A stretch of DNA of 46,891 nucleotides from the NCBI GenBank assembly GCA_002686365.1, contig NZBZ01000015.1:1-46891 (forward strand). The letters are read 5' to 3'. Shown in pieces: positions 25,839 to 34,949 of this stretch (within the stretch, counting starts at the first letter, position 1; each line of letters begins with the position of its first letter). The position numbers were made by a program, and so were the translations under genes. The notes beneath the pieces are model-generated. The model was not told where the DNA came from. It saw only the letters and a list, made by a program, of their open reading frames with translations, and did no database searches. This DNA is from a bacterium. Its GTDB lineage: Bacteria > Patescibacteriota > Minisyncoccia > UBA6257 > GWB1-50-10.

Positions 25839-28364
25839 TTACCACGGTTCTACTATCAAAAGGGTTTTCTTTTTCTTGCCTTGTAAGTCTTGGAGGTGTT
25901 GGAAGATTTCTTCAGTTGCGTACGGCATGAAGGGATGAAGCATCTTTATGCTCTCTGTGAGGATTGTTATAAGAGTTTCGAGTGCTGCAGCTTTGTCTTT
26001 TTTATCTCCATTTTGGAGGCGCGGTTTTGTTTCCTCTATTATTTTATCAGCAAATGTGTGCCAAATGTAGTGGTAGGTGATCTCGGCAGCGCGGTGAAAC
26101 TCGAATTTTTCCAAATGTTTTGTTACTTTCTTTTTTGTTGCTTCTAATTGCTTTAGATTTTTTTTATCTTTTGGTGTGATGACTGGCTTTGTTTTTATTT
26201 CTTCATAGTTCATTGAGATGAATCTTGTGATGTTCCAGATTTTGGTTGCAAAGTTGCGATAGCCGCGTATTTTGTCTTCGGAGATTGTGCTATTTCTGCC
26301 TGGCGTGTTTCCTGCGATTAGTGCCATGCGCACTGCGTCTGTTCCATACTCTTCTGCAACTCCTAGTGGATTAATTACATTTCCTTTTGATTTGGACATT
26401 TTCTGCTTGTCTTTATCTAAAATTAAGCCGTGTAAATATACGTTTTTGAATGGTAGTTTCTTTGTCCTATAAATTCCCATCATTATCATTCGTGCGACCC
26501 AAAAGAAGAGAATATCAGAAGCGGTTTCCATTACGGACGTTGGGTAGAAGTCTTTAAAGTCTTTATCGTGTTTTCCTGAATTTTTGAAGCCTAGTGTGAG
26601 ATATGGCCACTGACCAGAGGAGAACCAGGTATCGAATACGTCGGGATCTTGAGAGAGCTTTTCGCTTTTGCAGCTGGGACATTGTTTTGGTTTCTCAATA
26701 CTAACAATAGGAGGACACGATGAGCTTATAGCTTTTAGCTTCATTAGCTTATTAGCTTTTTTGAAGGTGTAGTGGTAGGCGAAGACGGGGGTTTGCAGTG
26801 TAATGTTTTTATCTGGATTGTGCTTTTTGAAGGCCCTTAAGAGTTCGTCTCTTGTTTTGTACGTTGCGTAATGTGTTTTGTCTTTTAAGTTCATTGTGCC
26901 TACGGTAAGTTTTTCCACCTTCGTGATTGTTCCGTGGCCGAATATCTTTTCTTCCTGACTGTTTTCAAAAGCTACTGCATCTCCTTTTTTGAAGCCGTGG
27001 TCGCGAATTCTCCATGTTGCGATTTTTCCTTTGAATATTTGCGGTACGACGCTTTCGTGGAAACCCATTGTTAGCTTATAGCTTTTAGCTTCATTAGTTT
27101 TTTCGCATATCCATGCTGGAATGCGGATGCCCCAGATAATTTGGCGGGAGATGTTCCAGTCTTCTATGTTTTTCAGCCAGTGGAGTATAACTTTTTTGCG
27201 GTGCGTTGGAATGATTTTTATTTTTCCTTTTTCTATTGTTTCAATCGCTGGTTTTGCTAGCGGCTTCGTCTTTACATACCACTGGGGGAGAGGAATTGGT
27301 TCTAGGGTGCGTTCGCATTTGAAGCAGACAGCGAGGTTGTGTGTGTAGTTTTCGTCAACTTTTACAAGTAGGCCTTTTTTCTTTAAGTCTTCTACAACTT
27401 TTTCACGCGCCTCCATTACTTTCATCCCCGCGTAGCGGCCTGCGTGTTCGTTTAGTTTTCCGTAGCGATCTATTACTTGTTTTACTTCGAGATTGTGTCG
27501 TGTTCCGATTTCGGCATCTAGCGGATCGTGTGCTGGGGTTACTTTAATTACTCCGGTTCCGAATTCTGGATCCACTGCTTTGTCAGCAATTACTTTTATT
27601 TTGAACTTGCCAAGTAGTCCTTGTACCTCAACTTCTTTTCCTATGTATTTTTTGTAACGTTTATCGTTTGGGTGAACAGCTATTGCTGTATCTCCGAATT
27701 TTGTTTCTGGTCGCGCAGTTGCAAGAGTGAATGGTCCGTATTTCATATAGTAGAGTTTTCCTTTTTCCTCTTTTCGTTTTACTTCAAGGCCGGAGAGCGC
27801 TGTTTGATGCTTTACGCACCAGTTTACTGTGCGAAGTCCTCTATATATGAGACCCTCTTTATGCATTTTGATAAATGTGTGTTGTACTTCTTTTATAATG
27901 TCTGGGTCAAGGGTGAACTTCTCTCTGGACCAGTCGCAGGAGGCGCCTAGTTTGCGGAGTTGGTTCTCCATTGTTTTTTTGTTCTCTTGGGTAAATTCAT
28001 ACATTTCCTGCCAGAGTTTTTTGCGATCCATTTTGAATCTGCTTCGCCCTTCTTTCTCAAGTTTTTTATCAAACACAACTTGCGTTTCAAATCCTGCATG
28101 ATCTGCGCCGGGGAGCCAGAGCGTTTTTTGGCCTTTCATTCGAGCAAAGCGAATCATGATATCTTCAAGTGTTACAAAGAGTGCGTGGCCAATATGAAGA
28201 GAGCCATTCGCGTTTGGGGGAGGCATTATGATACAAAAGCTTTTAGCTTTTAGCTTCGTTAGCTTTTTAGTTTTCGGAAGGTTGTCGGGGTTGAAAAAGC
28301 CGGACTTTTCCCACAGGGAGTATATTTTTTCTTCTACTTTGTCTGGAATGTATCTTTTGTCCAT
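25839..28364 (-). CDS. valS: Valine--tRNA ligase with inserted ASCH-like domain, no C-terminal coiled coil
   Basis: MPPPNANGSLHIGH, PGADHAG, GTGVIKVTPAHD, DWNISRQIIWG, DTWFSSGQWP, KMSKS. Confidence 0.97.
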   Translation of the reverse strand: MDKRYIPDKVEEKIYSLWEKSGFFNPDNLPKTKKLTKLKAKSFCIIMPPPNANGSLHIGHALFVTLEDIMIRFARMKGQKTLWLPGADHAGFETQVVFDKKLEKEGRSRFKMDRKKLWQEMYEFTQENKKTMENQLRKLGASCDWSREKFTLDPDIIKEVQHTFIKMHKEGLIYRGLRTVNWCVKHQTALSGLEVKRKEEKGKLYYMKYGPFTLATARPETKFGDTAIAVHPNDKRYKKYIGKEVEVQGLLGKFKIKVIADKAVDPEFGTGVIKVTPAHDPLDAEIGTRHNLEVKQVIDRYGKLNEHAGRYAGMKVMEAREKVVEDLKKKGLLVKVDENYTHNLAVCFKCERTLEPIPLPQWYVKTKPLAKPAIETIEKGKIKIIPTHRKKVILHWLKNIEDWNISRQIIWGIRIPAWICEKTNEAKSYKLTMGFHESVVPQIFKGKIATWRIRDHGFKKGDAVAFENSQEEKIFGHGTITKVEKLTVGTMNLKDKTHYATYKTRDELLRAFKKHNPDKNITLQTPVFAYHYTFKKANKLMKLKAISSSCPPIVSIEKPKQCPSCKSEKLSQDPDVFDTWFSSGQWPYLTLGFKNSGKHDKDFKDFYPTSVMETASDILFFWVARMIMMGIYRTKKLPFKNVYLHGLILDKDKQKMSKSKGNVINPLGVAEEYGTDAVRMALIAGNTPGRNSTISEDKIRGYRNFATKIWNITRFISMNYEEIKTKPVITPKDKKNLKQLEATKKKVTKHLEKFEFHRAAEITYHYIWHTFADKIIEETKPRLQNGDKKDKAAALETLITILTESIKMLHPFMPYATEEIFQHLQDLQGKKKKTLLIVEPW
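26723..27097. repeat. 25-bp direct repeat AGCTTATAGCTTTTAGCTTCATTAG flanking the ValRS insert
   Basis: Identical copies at 26723-26747 and 27073-27097; third related array at about 28237-28274. Confidence 0.95.
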
Positions 28365-28446
28365 TGGTGTGTGGTGAGTAATGGGTATTCTGTTTGGATA
28401 TTAAAATAATACGAGGAAATAAGGATTTTCGCAAAAGATATTATGT

Positions 28447-29496
28447 TTATATGCTTAGGCTTCCTTTTGCTTTTAGTGCGTATTTCTTTTTTCGGAGATG
28501 GGTTATGTATCCTGCGACAGCAATCATTGCAGCATTGTCGCCTTGGAATTTTTTATTTGCAGATAGAAAATTTAGCTTATAGCTTTTAGCTTGTAGCTTC
28601 ATTAGCTTTTGGAGATTGGAGTTTGCAGCTACGCCGCCTGATAGGATTATTGATTTTGCGTTGTGTTCTTGTGCAGCACGCATGGTTTTTGTAATGAGTA
28701 CGTCTATTGCTGCCTGCTGAAAGCTTGCTGCGACGTTAGCTTTTAGCTTATAGCTTTTAGCTTCGTTAGCTTTTAAGTAGTAGAGTACAGAGGTTTTTAA
28801 TCCGGAGAAGGAGAAGTCATAGTTTTTGTCGCGTATCATTGGGCGAGGGAAGTCAATTGCATCTGGATTTCCTTTTTTTGCCAGCGTTTCTATTTCTGGT
28901 CCACCAGGATAGGGGAGCTTTAGCATTCTAGCTACTTTATCAAATGCCTCGCCTGCTGCGTCGTCTCTTGTTTCTCCGAGCTTTTTATAGTCAGTGAGAG
29001 ATTTCATGAGTATAAGGATTGTGTGGCCACCTGATACCAGCAGTTGCACTGCTGGATAGCTTATAGCTTTTAGCTTATAGCTTTTGGGCAAAAGGAAGCT
29101 GTACATGTGTCCGTGCAAGTGATTTGTTCCAATTATTTTTGTGGTTCGACTTCGCTCACTATAAATTTTTGGAAAGTGTTTCTTTTTTATTTCTTTTGCA
29201 AAGTTTACGCCTGTCCAGAGTGCAGGCTCTAGTCCGGGGCCGACGGTGACGGCTATTGCGTTAGCTTTTAGCTTATAGCTTTTAGCTTCTAGCTTTTTAA
29301 ATAGAAGCGGTAGGTTTTTTTCATGTTCGCGTTTGGCGAGGTTGGGGACTACTCCGCCCCAAGCACGGTGAATTTCAATTTGAGAGGCAATAAAATGTTT
29401 TTTAATGTTGAATTTTGGTGCTTTTAAGCCTCCTTTTGCCTCAATGAGTGCAAGGGAGGTTTCGTCACAGGATGTTTCAATGGCTAATATGTTCAT
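28447..29496 (-). CDS. tsaD: tRNA threonylcarbamoyltransferase TsaD with five short repeat-derived segments
   Basis: ILAIETSCDET, GGVVPNLAKREH, VTVGPGL, NHLHGH, VSGGHT, DDAAGEAFDKVAR, FSFSGLKT, GGVAAN, DNAAMIA. Confidence 0.97.
   Translation of the reverse strand: MNILAIETSCDETSLALIEAKGGLKAPKFNIKKHFIASQIEIHRAWGGVVPNLAKREHEKNLPLLFKKLEAKSYKLKANAIAVTVGPGLEPALWTGVNFAKEIKKKHFPKIYSERSRTTKIIGTNHLHGHMYSFLLPKSYKLKAISYPAVQLLVSGGHTILILMKSLTDYKKLGETRDDAAGEAFDKVARMLKLPYPGGPEIETLAKKGNPDAIDFPRPMIRDKNYDFSFSGLKTSVLYYLKANEAKSYKLKANVAASFQQAAIDVLITKTMRAAQEHNAKSIILSGGVAANSNLQKLMKLQAKSYKLNFLSANKKFQGDNAAMIAVAGYITHLRKKKYALKAKGSLSI
28572..29298. repeat. Four TAGCTTW 7-mer arrays and one REP-like unit inside tsaD
   Basis: Arrays at 28572-28610, 28736-28774, 29057-29085, 29261-29298; ggttcgacttcgctcactataaa at 29143-29165. 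Confidence 0.92.
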
Positions 29497-29591
29497 AGCG
29501 CATTTACTATGACAAATGATAATGACAATGACAAATGTTTTAGGTTATGACGACTTGAGTTTTTTGTGTGAGGCGGTGATAATATGAATAT

Positions 29592-29957
29592 ATGATTCAG
29601 CCGTTTTTTGCGCTTTTAGATTGGGGATTTTTGCTTTTGCGGATTGCGCTTGGAGTAGTTTTAATAATTCACGCATTCCCAAGGCTTAGGCGTTTTGGCA
29701 GTCCAGGAGGATTCTGGGCTGGAGCTTTAGGCGTTTTTGAGCTTTTAGGCGGACTTGCGATTGCATTAGGTTTTCTTACTCAAATTATTGCTGGTCTTTT
29801 TGTTATTGAATTTCTAGTCATTCTTTTCGCAGCACAGCGAAAAGCTTCTTTTAAAGAGAAACAGGTTAGCATTCTTGTTTTGGGAGCAATGCTTCTTCTT
29901 GTGACTGGAGGCGGAGCATTTTCTTTGGATGAGACAATTGGGTGGATATTTTACTAG
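29592..29957 (+). CDS. DoxX-family membrane protein
   Basis: LLLRIALGVVLIIHA, ELLGGLAIALGFLTQ, GGGAFSLD. Confidence 0.88.
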   Translation: MIQPFFALLDWGFLLLRIALGVVLIIHAFPRLRRFGSPGGFWAGALGVFELLGGLAIALGFLTQIIAGLFVIEFLVILFAAQRKASFKEKQVSILVLGAMLLLVTGGGAFSLDETIGWIFY

Positions 29958-29975
29958 GCCCTGGAATTTATTTGT

Positions 29976-30509
29976 ATGAGTGAATATTCTACGGAGGCGA
30001 TTATTTTGGGGAGGAGGGAAAATGGACCGTATAATAGGATTGTGGATTTGTATACAAAGGAGCTTGGTCGGGTTGAGGCGCGGGTTGTGAGCGGTAGAAA
30101 GATTATTTCTCGGCTTTCTCCTCATCTGGACTTTGGAAATCTTGCGCATGTTCGGCTGGTTTATAAGAATCAGTTTACTGTTGCGGATGCTCTTACAGAG
30201 GAGCGTTTTTTTTCCGGACCAGAGGATATAGGAGTGTATGAGCGTTTTTCCCGGCTTGCATTTTTGTTCTGCTCCCTTGCTCCTCAAATGATTCCGGACG
30301 TTGAGGTGTGGGACATGTTTCTTCGGGGTTTGAGAAAACGAGGATTGGACTATAGAATGTTTTTATCTCTTTTTGGGTATGGGGCGTTGCACGCAGAATG
30401 TTCTGCATGCGCCCGATCCGGGTCCCATGCGTTTTTTGTTCCAGATCAGAGTTTTTTGTGCGCATCCTGCGCAGAGATGTTTCCAAAAGATTTATTAGTA
30501 TTTTTGTAA
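29976..30509 (+). CDS. recO: DNA repair protein RecO (short form)
   Basis: TEAIILGR, LYTKELGRVEA, GRKIISRLSPHLD; C-terminal CSAC...CASC zinc motif. Confidence 0.85.
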   Translation: MSEYSTEAIILGRRENGPYNRIVDLYTKELGRVEARVVSGRKIISRLSPHLDFGNLAHVRLVYKNQFTVADALTEERFFSGPEDIGVYERFSRLAFLFCSLAPQMIPDVEVWDMFLRGLRKRGLDYRMFLSLFGYGALHAECSACARSGSHAFFVPDQSFLCASCAEMFPKDLLVFL

Positions 30510-30515
30510 TTTTTT

Positions 30516-32858
30516 ATGGCTGTTCGAAAAAAAACAACACGTTCAAAAAAAAGAAAGCCTGTTGCAGGGCGAAGAAAGGCTACTCGAGCCTTACCAAAGA
30601 AGCGTTCCGTGACTACTCGGAAGAAGTCTTCTGCGGTGCGTTTGTCTGTTTCTCATGAGCCAATAGAGGAGGTTCCATTGGATTCGTCAGTTGATCTGCG
30701 GGATAGTCATGAGGTGTCTTTGGCGCGTTCAGATTATGACTTTGAGGAAGAGGAGAGGCGCTTTCATGTTCGTAGATCGCGTGTATCTCATGATGTGTCT
30801 TCTCGTGAATTAGAAGACTCTGTTGAAAAGAAACGTAGTAAGTTTGCTTTTTGGTCAAAAAGAAAGAAGAATAACTCACAAGAACCCGAGGAGCTTTTAG
30901 TGCGGGGTATGGTAGGGAATTTTCAGGAAGAAGATGAAGATGATAAAGACGACTCTGATGAGGCATCTTTACGCGCATCTCATCCTGAAGAGAAAGATTT
31001 GGAAGATAATTCACCTTCTCGATCAATGAGATTTTTTAAGTTTTTAATTACTTTTTTCGTATTTCTTTCGATCGTTGCGTTACTTATTAGCGGTTATTTT
31101 TTGTTTATTCATGGGCGCTCGTCTGGAGATGTTAGTCTTGAGCTTGAGCTTCCGAAGGATGTGTATCAGGGAGTTCCCTTTGATTTAGAGCTTTCTTTAG
31201 AGAATAATTCGGATGGTCTTTTGGGAGATGCCCAGCTTAGTCTTCTTGCTCCTCCTGATATTCTTATTCTTGATAGTAATGCAGATGGACAGCTTTTGAA
31301 GGAATCACTCGGGGATGTTGGGTCTGGAAATGCGCAGAAAAAGATTTTTCGATTTGTTGCTGTATCCGCGTCTTCTTTGGATTCGTCAGAAGATAACTCT
31401 GAGAGCGGAGATGATTTAGAGGATTCTACAGATATTATTTTGAGTGATGGTGATATGGGGAATGAGGTTCGAAAGATTACTGCTCGGCTTTCATATTCTT
31501 TAGGAAAGAGTTCGGGATTTGAGGTAGAGGCTTCAGAGGGTGTGCGTGTACGCGGATCTGCTCTTTCAGTAGATCTTCAGAATGAAGAAGGGCAGGTCTT
31601 AAGCGGGTCTACATTTCGTTTTAATATTTTATACTCGAATGTTTCTAATGCGGATCTTGATGATCTTCGTTTGAGCGTTGCTTATCCGGATTCTTTCAAA
31701 TATATTTCTTCGGATTTGCCGCCGGATTCCTTAGATAATTACTGGAAACTTGGTTCCCTGCGGTCGGGCTCGGAAGGCAAGCTTTCTATTCAGGGAAGCT
31801 TGGAGGGGGCTGATAACGAGGAGTTTCCATTTCCCATTCGTGTGTATGGCGCGTTTTTAGGCAGTGAGTATCTTATTGGAGAGTATGCAGTAGGGCTTGG
31901 GGTTGCTCCGTCTCCTATTGGCCTTGAGGTGTTTGTAAATGGCGGGGAAGATTATACTGCGCGAGCAGGAGAGGATTTGCGATATGTGATTCGTTATACA
32001 AACAATAGCGGGGTTGCGCTTTCTGACTTTGTTCTGCGCGCGAGTCTTCTTGGGGACATGTTTGATGTTTCAACTCTTCAGTCTAGCTCTACGGTTGATT
32101 CGAGGGGTCGGCATGTGTGGGATAAGAATAATACTTCGGAGTTCCGTTCTATCGAGGCAGGAGGCCGCGGTGAGATAGATTTTGAGGTGAGTGTGAAAGA
32201 TCAGTTTCCTATTGTTCGGCTTGGAGATAAAAATTTTCGTCTTCGGGCTAGCGTAGAGGCTAGTTCTCCTACGGTTCCGTATTATTTGATAGGGGATAAG
32301 ACGCGGGCGCTTTATGATAGCTCTGTAAAGGTTTCAGGCCGTGTTGATGTTGATGCAAAGGCGTTTTATCGGGATTCGGATTCTGGAATGATAAATGGCG
32401 GCACGCTTCCTCTTGCAGTTGGAAGTCCTACTGACTTTACGATTCACTGGGTTCTTCGGAACTATTCTACAAATGTTCGGGATGTGAGCGTTAAGGCGTC
32501 TTTGCCGCATGGCGTAGAGTGGACAGGGTTTGTAAAGAGCGACACTGATACTGTTCCTTTATATGATGAGCTTACTCGGGAGATTTTGTGGGAGATACCG
32601 GAGATTCTTGCTACAAAGGGAGTGCTTGACTCTCCGCTTCAGGGCATATTCCAGATTCGTGTTACGCCTGAGGCATCATACATTGGCAAGCTTCATCCGC
32701 TTTTGGAGGGAACAGAGCTTACAGCTGCGGATGATTTTACTGGGATTACGCTTAGGGCAAGTGATTTTGCGCTTACATCTATACTTCTTGATGATCCAAC
32801 TGTGGGTTCTGGTTCTGGGATTGTTATTTCTCCTGCTGGCAGTGGAGAGGAGGAATAG
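30516..32858 (+). CDS. Large single-TM protein with disordered N-terminus and beta-sandwich (Ig/DUF11-like) extracellular repeats
   Basis: Basic then acidic N-terminus, TM at FFKFLITFFVFLSIVALLISGYFLF, repeated YxIxYxN and W-x-L/I-G motifs. Confidence 0.8.
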   Translation: MAVRKKTTRSKKRKPVAGRRKATRALPKKRSVTTRKKSSAVRLSVSHEPIEEVPLDSSVDLRDSHEVSLARSDYDFEEEERRFHVRRSRVSHDVSSRELEDSVEKKRSKFAFWSKRKKNNSQEPEELLVRGMVGNFQEEDEDDKDDSDEASLRASHPEEKDLEDNSPSRSMRFFKFLITFFVFLSIVALLISGYFLFIHGRSSGDVSLELELPKDVYQGVPFDLELSLENNSDGLLGDAQLSLLAPPDILILDSNADGQLLKESLGDVGSGNAQKKIFRFVAVSASSLDSSEDNSESGDDLEDSTDIILSDGDMGNEVRKITARLSYSLGKSSGFEVEASEGVRVRGSALSVDLQNEEGQVLSGSTFRFNILYSNVSNADLDDLRLSVAYPDSFKYISSDLPPDSLDNYWKLGSLRSGSEGKLSIQGSLEGADNEEFPFPIRVYGAFLGSEYLIGEYAVGLGVAPSPIGLEVFVNGGEDYTARAGEDLRYVIRYTNNSGVALSDFVLRASLLGDMFDVSTLQSSSTVDSRGRHVWDKNNTSEFRSIEAGGRGEIDFEVSVKDQFPIVRLGDKNFRLRASVEASSPTVPYYLIGDKTRALYDSSVKVSGRVDVDAKAFYRDSDSGMINGGTLPLAVGSPTDFTIHWVLRNYSTNVRDVSVKASLPHGVEWTGFVKSDTDTVPLYDELTREILWEIPEILATKGVLDSPLQGIFQIRVTPEASYIGKLHPLLEGTELTAADDFTGITLRASDFALTSILLDDPTVGSGSGIVISPAGSGEEE

Positions 32859-33039
32859 AATTCTTTTCTCTTTTCATGCACTTCGTTCAGATGAAATAGT
32901 TTCACTCCTTAGAAGAAAACACGGCACAGTGCGAACTCGCTACGCTCAGACAACGCACTGTGCCTTTTTCTTTGTTTTCGTCGTTCAATATTTCATCTCC
33001 TCACTCCGCGATACTCAAAGACAAAAGAATTCTATTCCT
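32851..33039. repeat. 189-nt rod-like hairpin element (copy C)
   Basis: Perfect 17-bp ends AGGAATAGAATTCTTTT/AAAAGAATTCTATTCCT, including the upstream TAG; colinear with 23284-23471. Confidence 0.9.
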
Positions 33040-33067
33040 TTATAGGGCAGAGCATCCCAATCTTTTA

Positions 33068-33135
33068 TGGGTGATTAGAGGTCTGATGGTAGCTCACTTT
33101 GTCTTGGCTCAAGACTCGTGAGCTTTTTGTCTTTT
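33068..33135 (+). repeat. TGGG..GAGGTCTGnnGGTA-hairpin-T run motif (copy 4)
   Basis: tgggtgattagaggtctgatggt-agctcac...gtgagct-ttttgtctttt. Confidence 0.8.
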
Positions 33136-33176
33136 GTCCGTTGAAGAAGTTTTGTCTTTGTGAGATAGTAATATAC

Positions 33177-34481
33177 ATGAGTTTATTGGAGAAGGTTTCT
33201 AATTTGGCAAAGCGGAGGGGGTTTGTATATCCATCATCCGAGATTTATGGAGGGATTCAGGGAATGTGGGATTATGGTCCCTTGGGCGTGCTTTTGAAAC
33301 GGAATATTAAGGAAGAGTTTTGGAAGAGTATGGTGCAGGAGCGGGAGGATGTAGTTGGAATTGACGCCTCTATTATTATGAATCCTAAAGTATGGGAGGC
33401 TTCAGGGCATACAGAAGCATTTACTGACCCTTTGGTTGACTGTAAGAAGTGTAAGAAACGGTTTCGGGCAGATCATGTTGAGGGCAAGAAGTGTCCGGAC
33501 TGCAAAGGAGAGCTTACAAAAGCGCGGAAGTTCAATCTGCTTGTTGAGACTTCATTGGGTTCTATTGAGGGGGAGAAGCAGACAGCGTATCTTCGCGGGG
33601 AGATTACACAGGGTGTGCACGCGAATTTTCGGCAAGTTCTTGATTCAACTAGGGTAAAGATTCCATTTGGCATTGCGCAAATTGGGAAGGCCTTTCGTAA
33701 TGAGATTACTCCGGGGCAGTTTACATTCCGGTCACGCGAGTTTGAGCAGATGGAGCTTCAGTATTATATAAAGTCTGTTGAGGCAGAGGGAAAGAAGTGG
33801 TTTGCATACTGGAAGAAGGAGAGAATGGATTGGTATGAGGAGCTTGGAATGAATAAGAAAAATCTTCGATTTCGGGAGCATGAGAAAGATGAGCGGGCGC
33901 ATTATGCGCGTGATGCATGGGATATTGAGTATAAGCTGGATGGAGAGTGGAAGGAGTTTGAGGGCATTCATCATAGAGGAGATTGGGATTTAAGCCGTCA
34001 TCAGAAGTTTTCCGGTGAGGATATGTCGTATTTGGATGATAAGACGAATAAGAAGTTTGTTCCGTGGATTATTGAGACGTCGGGCGGGGTAGACCGGGCA
34101 GCGCTTTTCTTTCTCGCAGATTCATATGTGGAAGAAAAAGTAAAAGATGAGACGCGGACGGTTTTGAAGCTGCATCCAAAACTTGCTCCGTATAAGGCGG
34201 CAGTGTTTTCTTTGCTTGCAAATAAGCCAAAATTGGTGAAGTTTGCGCGAAGTATTTATGACGATTTGAGGGGAGAGTTTATGGTGGCTTGGGATGAGAG
34301 AGGGAATATCGGAAAGCGATATAGAGCGCAAGATGAGGCAGGTACGCCCTATTGTATTACCATAGACTTTGATAGTTTGGAGAAAGGTGATGTGACAGTT
34401 CGGGATAGGGATTCGATGAAACAGGGGCGTGTGAAGGTTAAGAAGTTGAAAGAGTATTTGACTGGGAAATTAAATCAATAA
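33177..34481 (+). CDS. glyQS: Glycine--tRNA ligase (homodimeric type)
   Basis: RRGFVYPSSEIYGG, WDYGPLG, VWEASGH, AQIGKAFRNEITP, REFEQME, IGKRYRAQDEAGTP. Confidence 0.97.
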   Translation: MSLLEKVSNLAKRRGFVYPSSEIYGGIQGMWDYGPLGVLLKRNIKEEFWKSMVQEREDVVGIDASIIMNPKVWEASGHTEAFTDPLVDCKKCKKRFRADHVEGKKCPDCKGELTKARKFNLLVETSLGSIEGEKQTAYLRGEITQGVHANFRQVLDSTRVKIPFGIAQIGKAFRNEITPGQFTFRSREFEQMELQYYIKSVEAEGKKWFAYWKKERMDWYEELGMNKKNLRFREHEKDERAHYARDAWDIEYKLDGEWKEFEGIHHRGDWDLSRHQKFSGEDMSYLDDKTNKKFVPWIIETSGGVDRAALFFLADSYVEEKVKDETRTVLKLHPKLAPYKAAVFSLLANKPKLVKFARSIYDDLRGEFMVAWDERGNIGKRYRAQDEAGTPYCITIDFDSLEKGDVTVRDRDSMKQGRVKVKKLKEYLTGKLNQ

Positions 34482-34510
34482 ATCCTTTTCTTTGGTATAA
34501 TAAAGGAGAT

Positions 34511-34915
34511 ATGAACTGGTCAGGGCTTAGTAGAGTATTTTCAGTTTTTCTTATTATTTTTGTTGTTGCAATCGCCGCGTATTTTGTGTTTCAGGTGAGC
34601 GGTCCTTTGGATTCTCCGCGGGTTTCTTTTTTGTTTCGAGACGGAGTTCCGTATGCGCAGATTTTTATTCCTTATTCATGCAAAGAGTCTTTTCGTATAT
34701 TTCGTTCAGCAGACAGAGGTGTTTCCTGGAATCGCGTGATACCTCCTTTATATGACGCGAAAGAGAGTGGATGTACACTTTTTGATTCTTTGGAGGATCT
34801 TTCTATAGATGTAGATTCTTTGCAGTATCAATATGGGGTTTTAGATAAAGAGAGAGATACATCACGCTTGAGTAATGCGTCTCTTTTGAGGCTTTTTCGA
34901 ACTAGCTTGTTTTAG
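34511..34915 (+). CDS. Hypothetical membrane-anchored protein
   Basis: ATG with AAGGAG upstream, N-terminal TM helix. Confidence 0.7.
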   Translation: MNWSGLSRVFSVFLIIFVVAIAAYFVFQVSGPLDSPRVSFLFRDGVPYAQIFIPYSCKESFRIFRSADRGVSWNRVIPPLYDAKESGCTLFDSLEDLSIDVDSLQYQYGVLDKERDTSRLSNASLLRLFRTSLF

Positions 34916-34949
34916 AGGTCTTTTTTGTGTATAGTCCCACGCGTATATT

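Noticed and set aside
25839-25900. ValRS truncation as a pseudogene
   Set aside because: It ends cleanly at ..EPW just after the anticodon-binding domain with all catalytic motifs intact; ValRS lacking the coiled coil is a known natural form.
23239-33045. Similar peptides ILFSFH.LRSDEI..LLRRK.GTVRTR in ORFs 23239-23481 and 32563-33045 as a small protein family
   Set aside because: They are translations of the rod repeat; the copies differ by 11 nt at the tip, so the frame is not conserved, and neither has a credible start.
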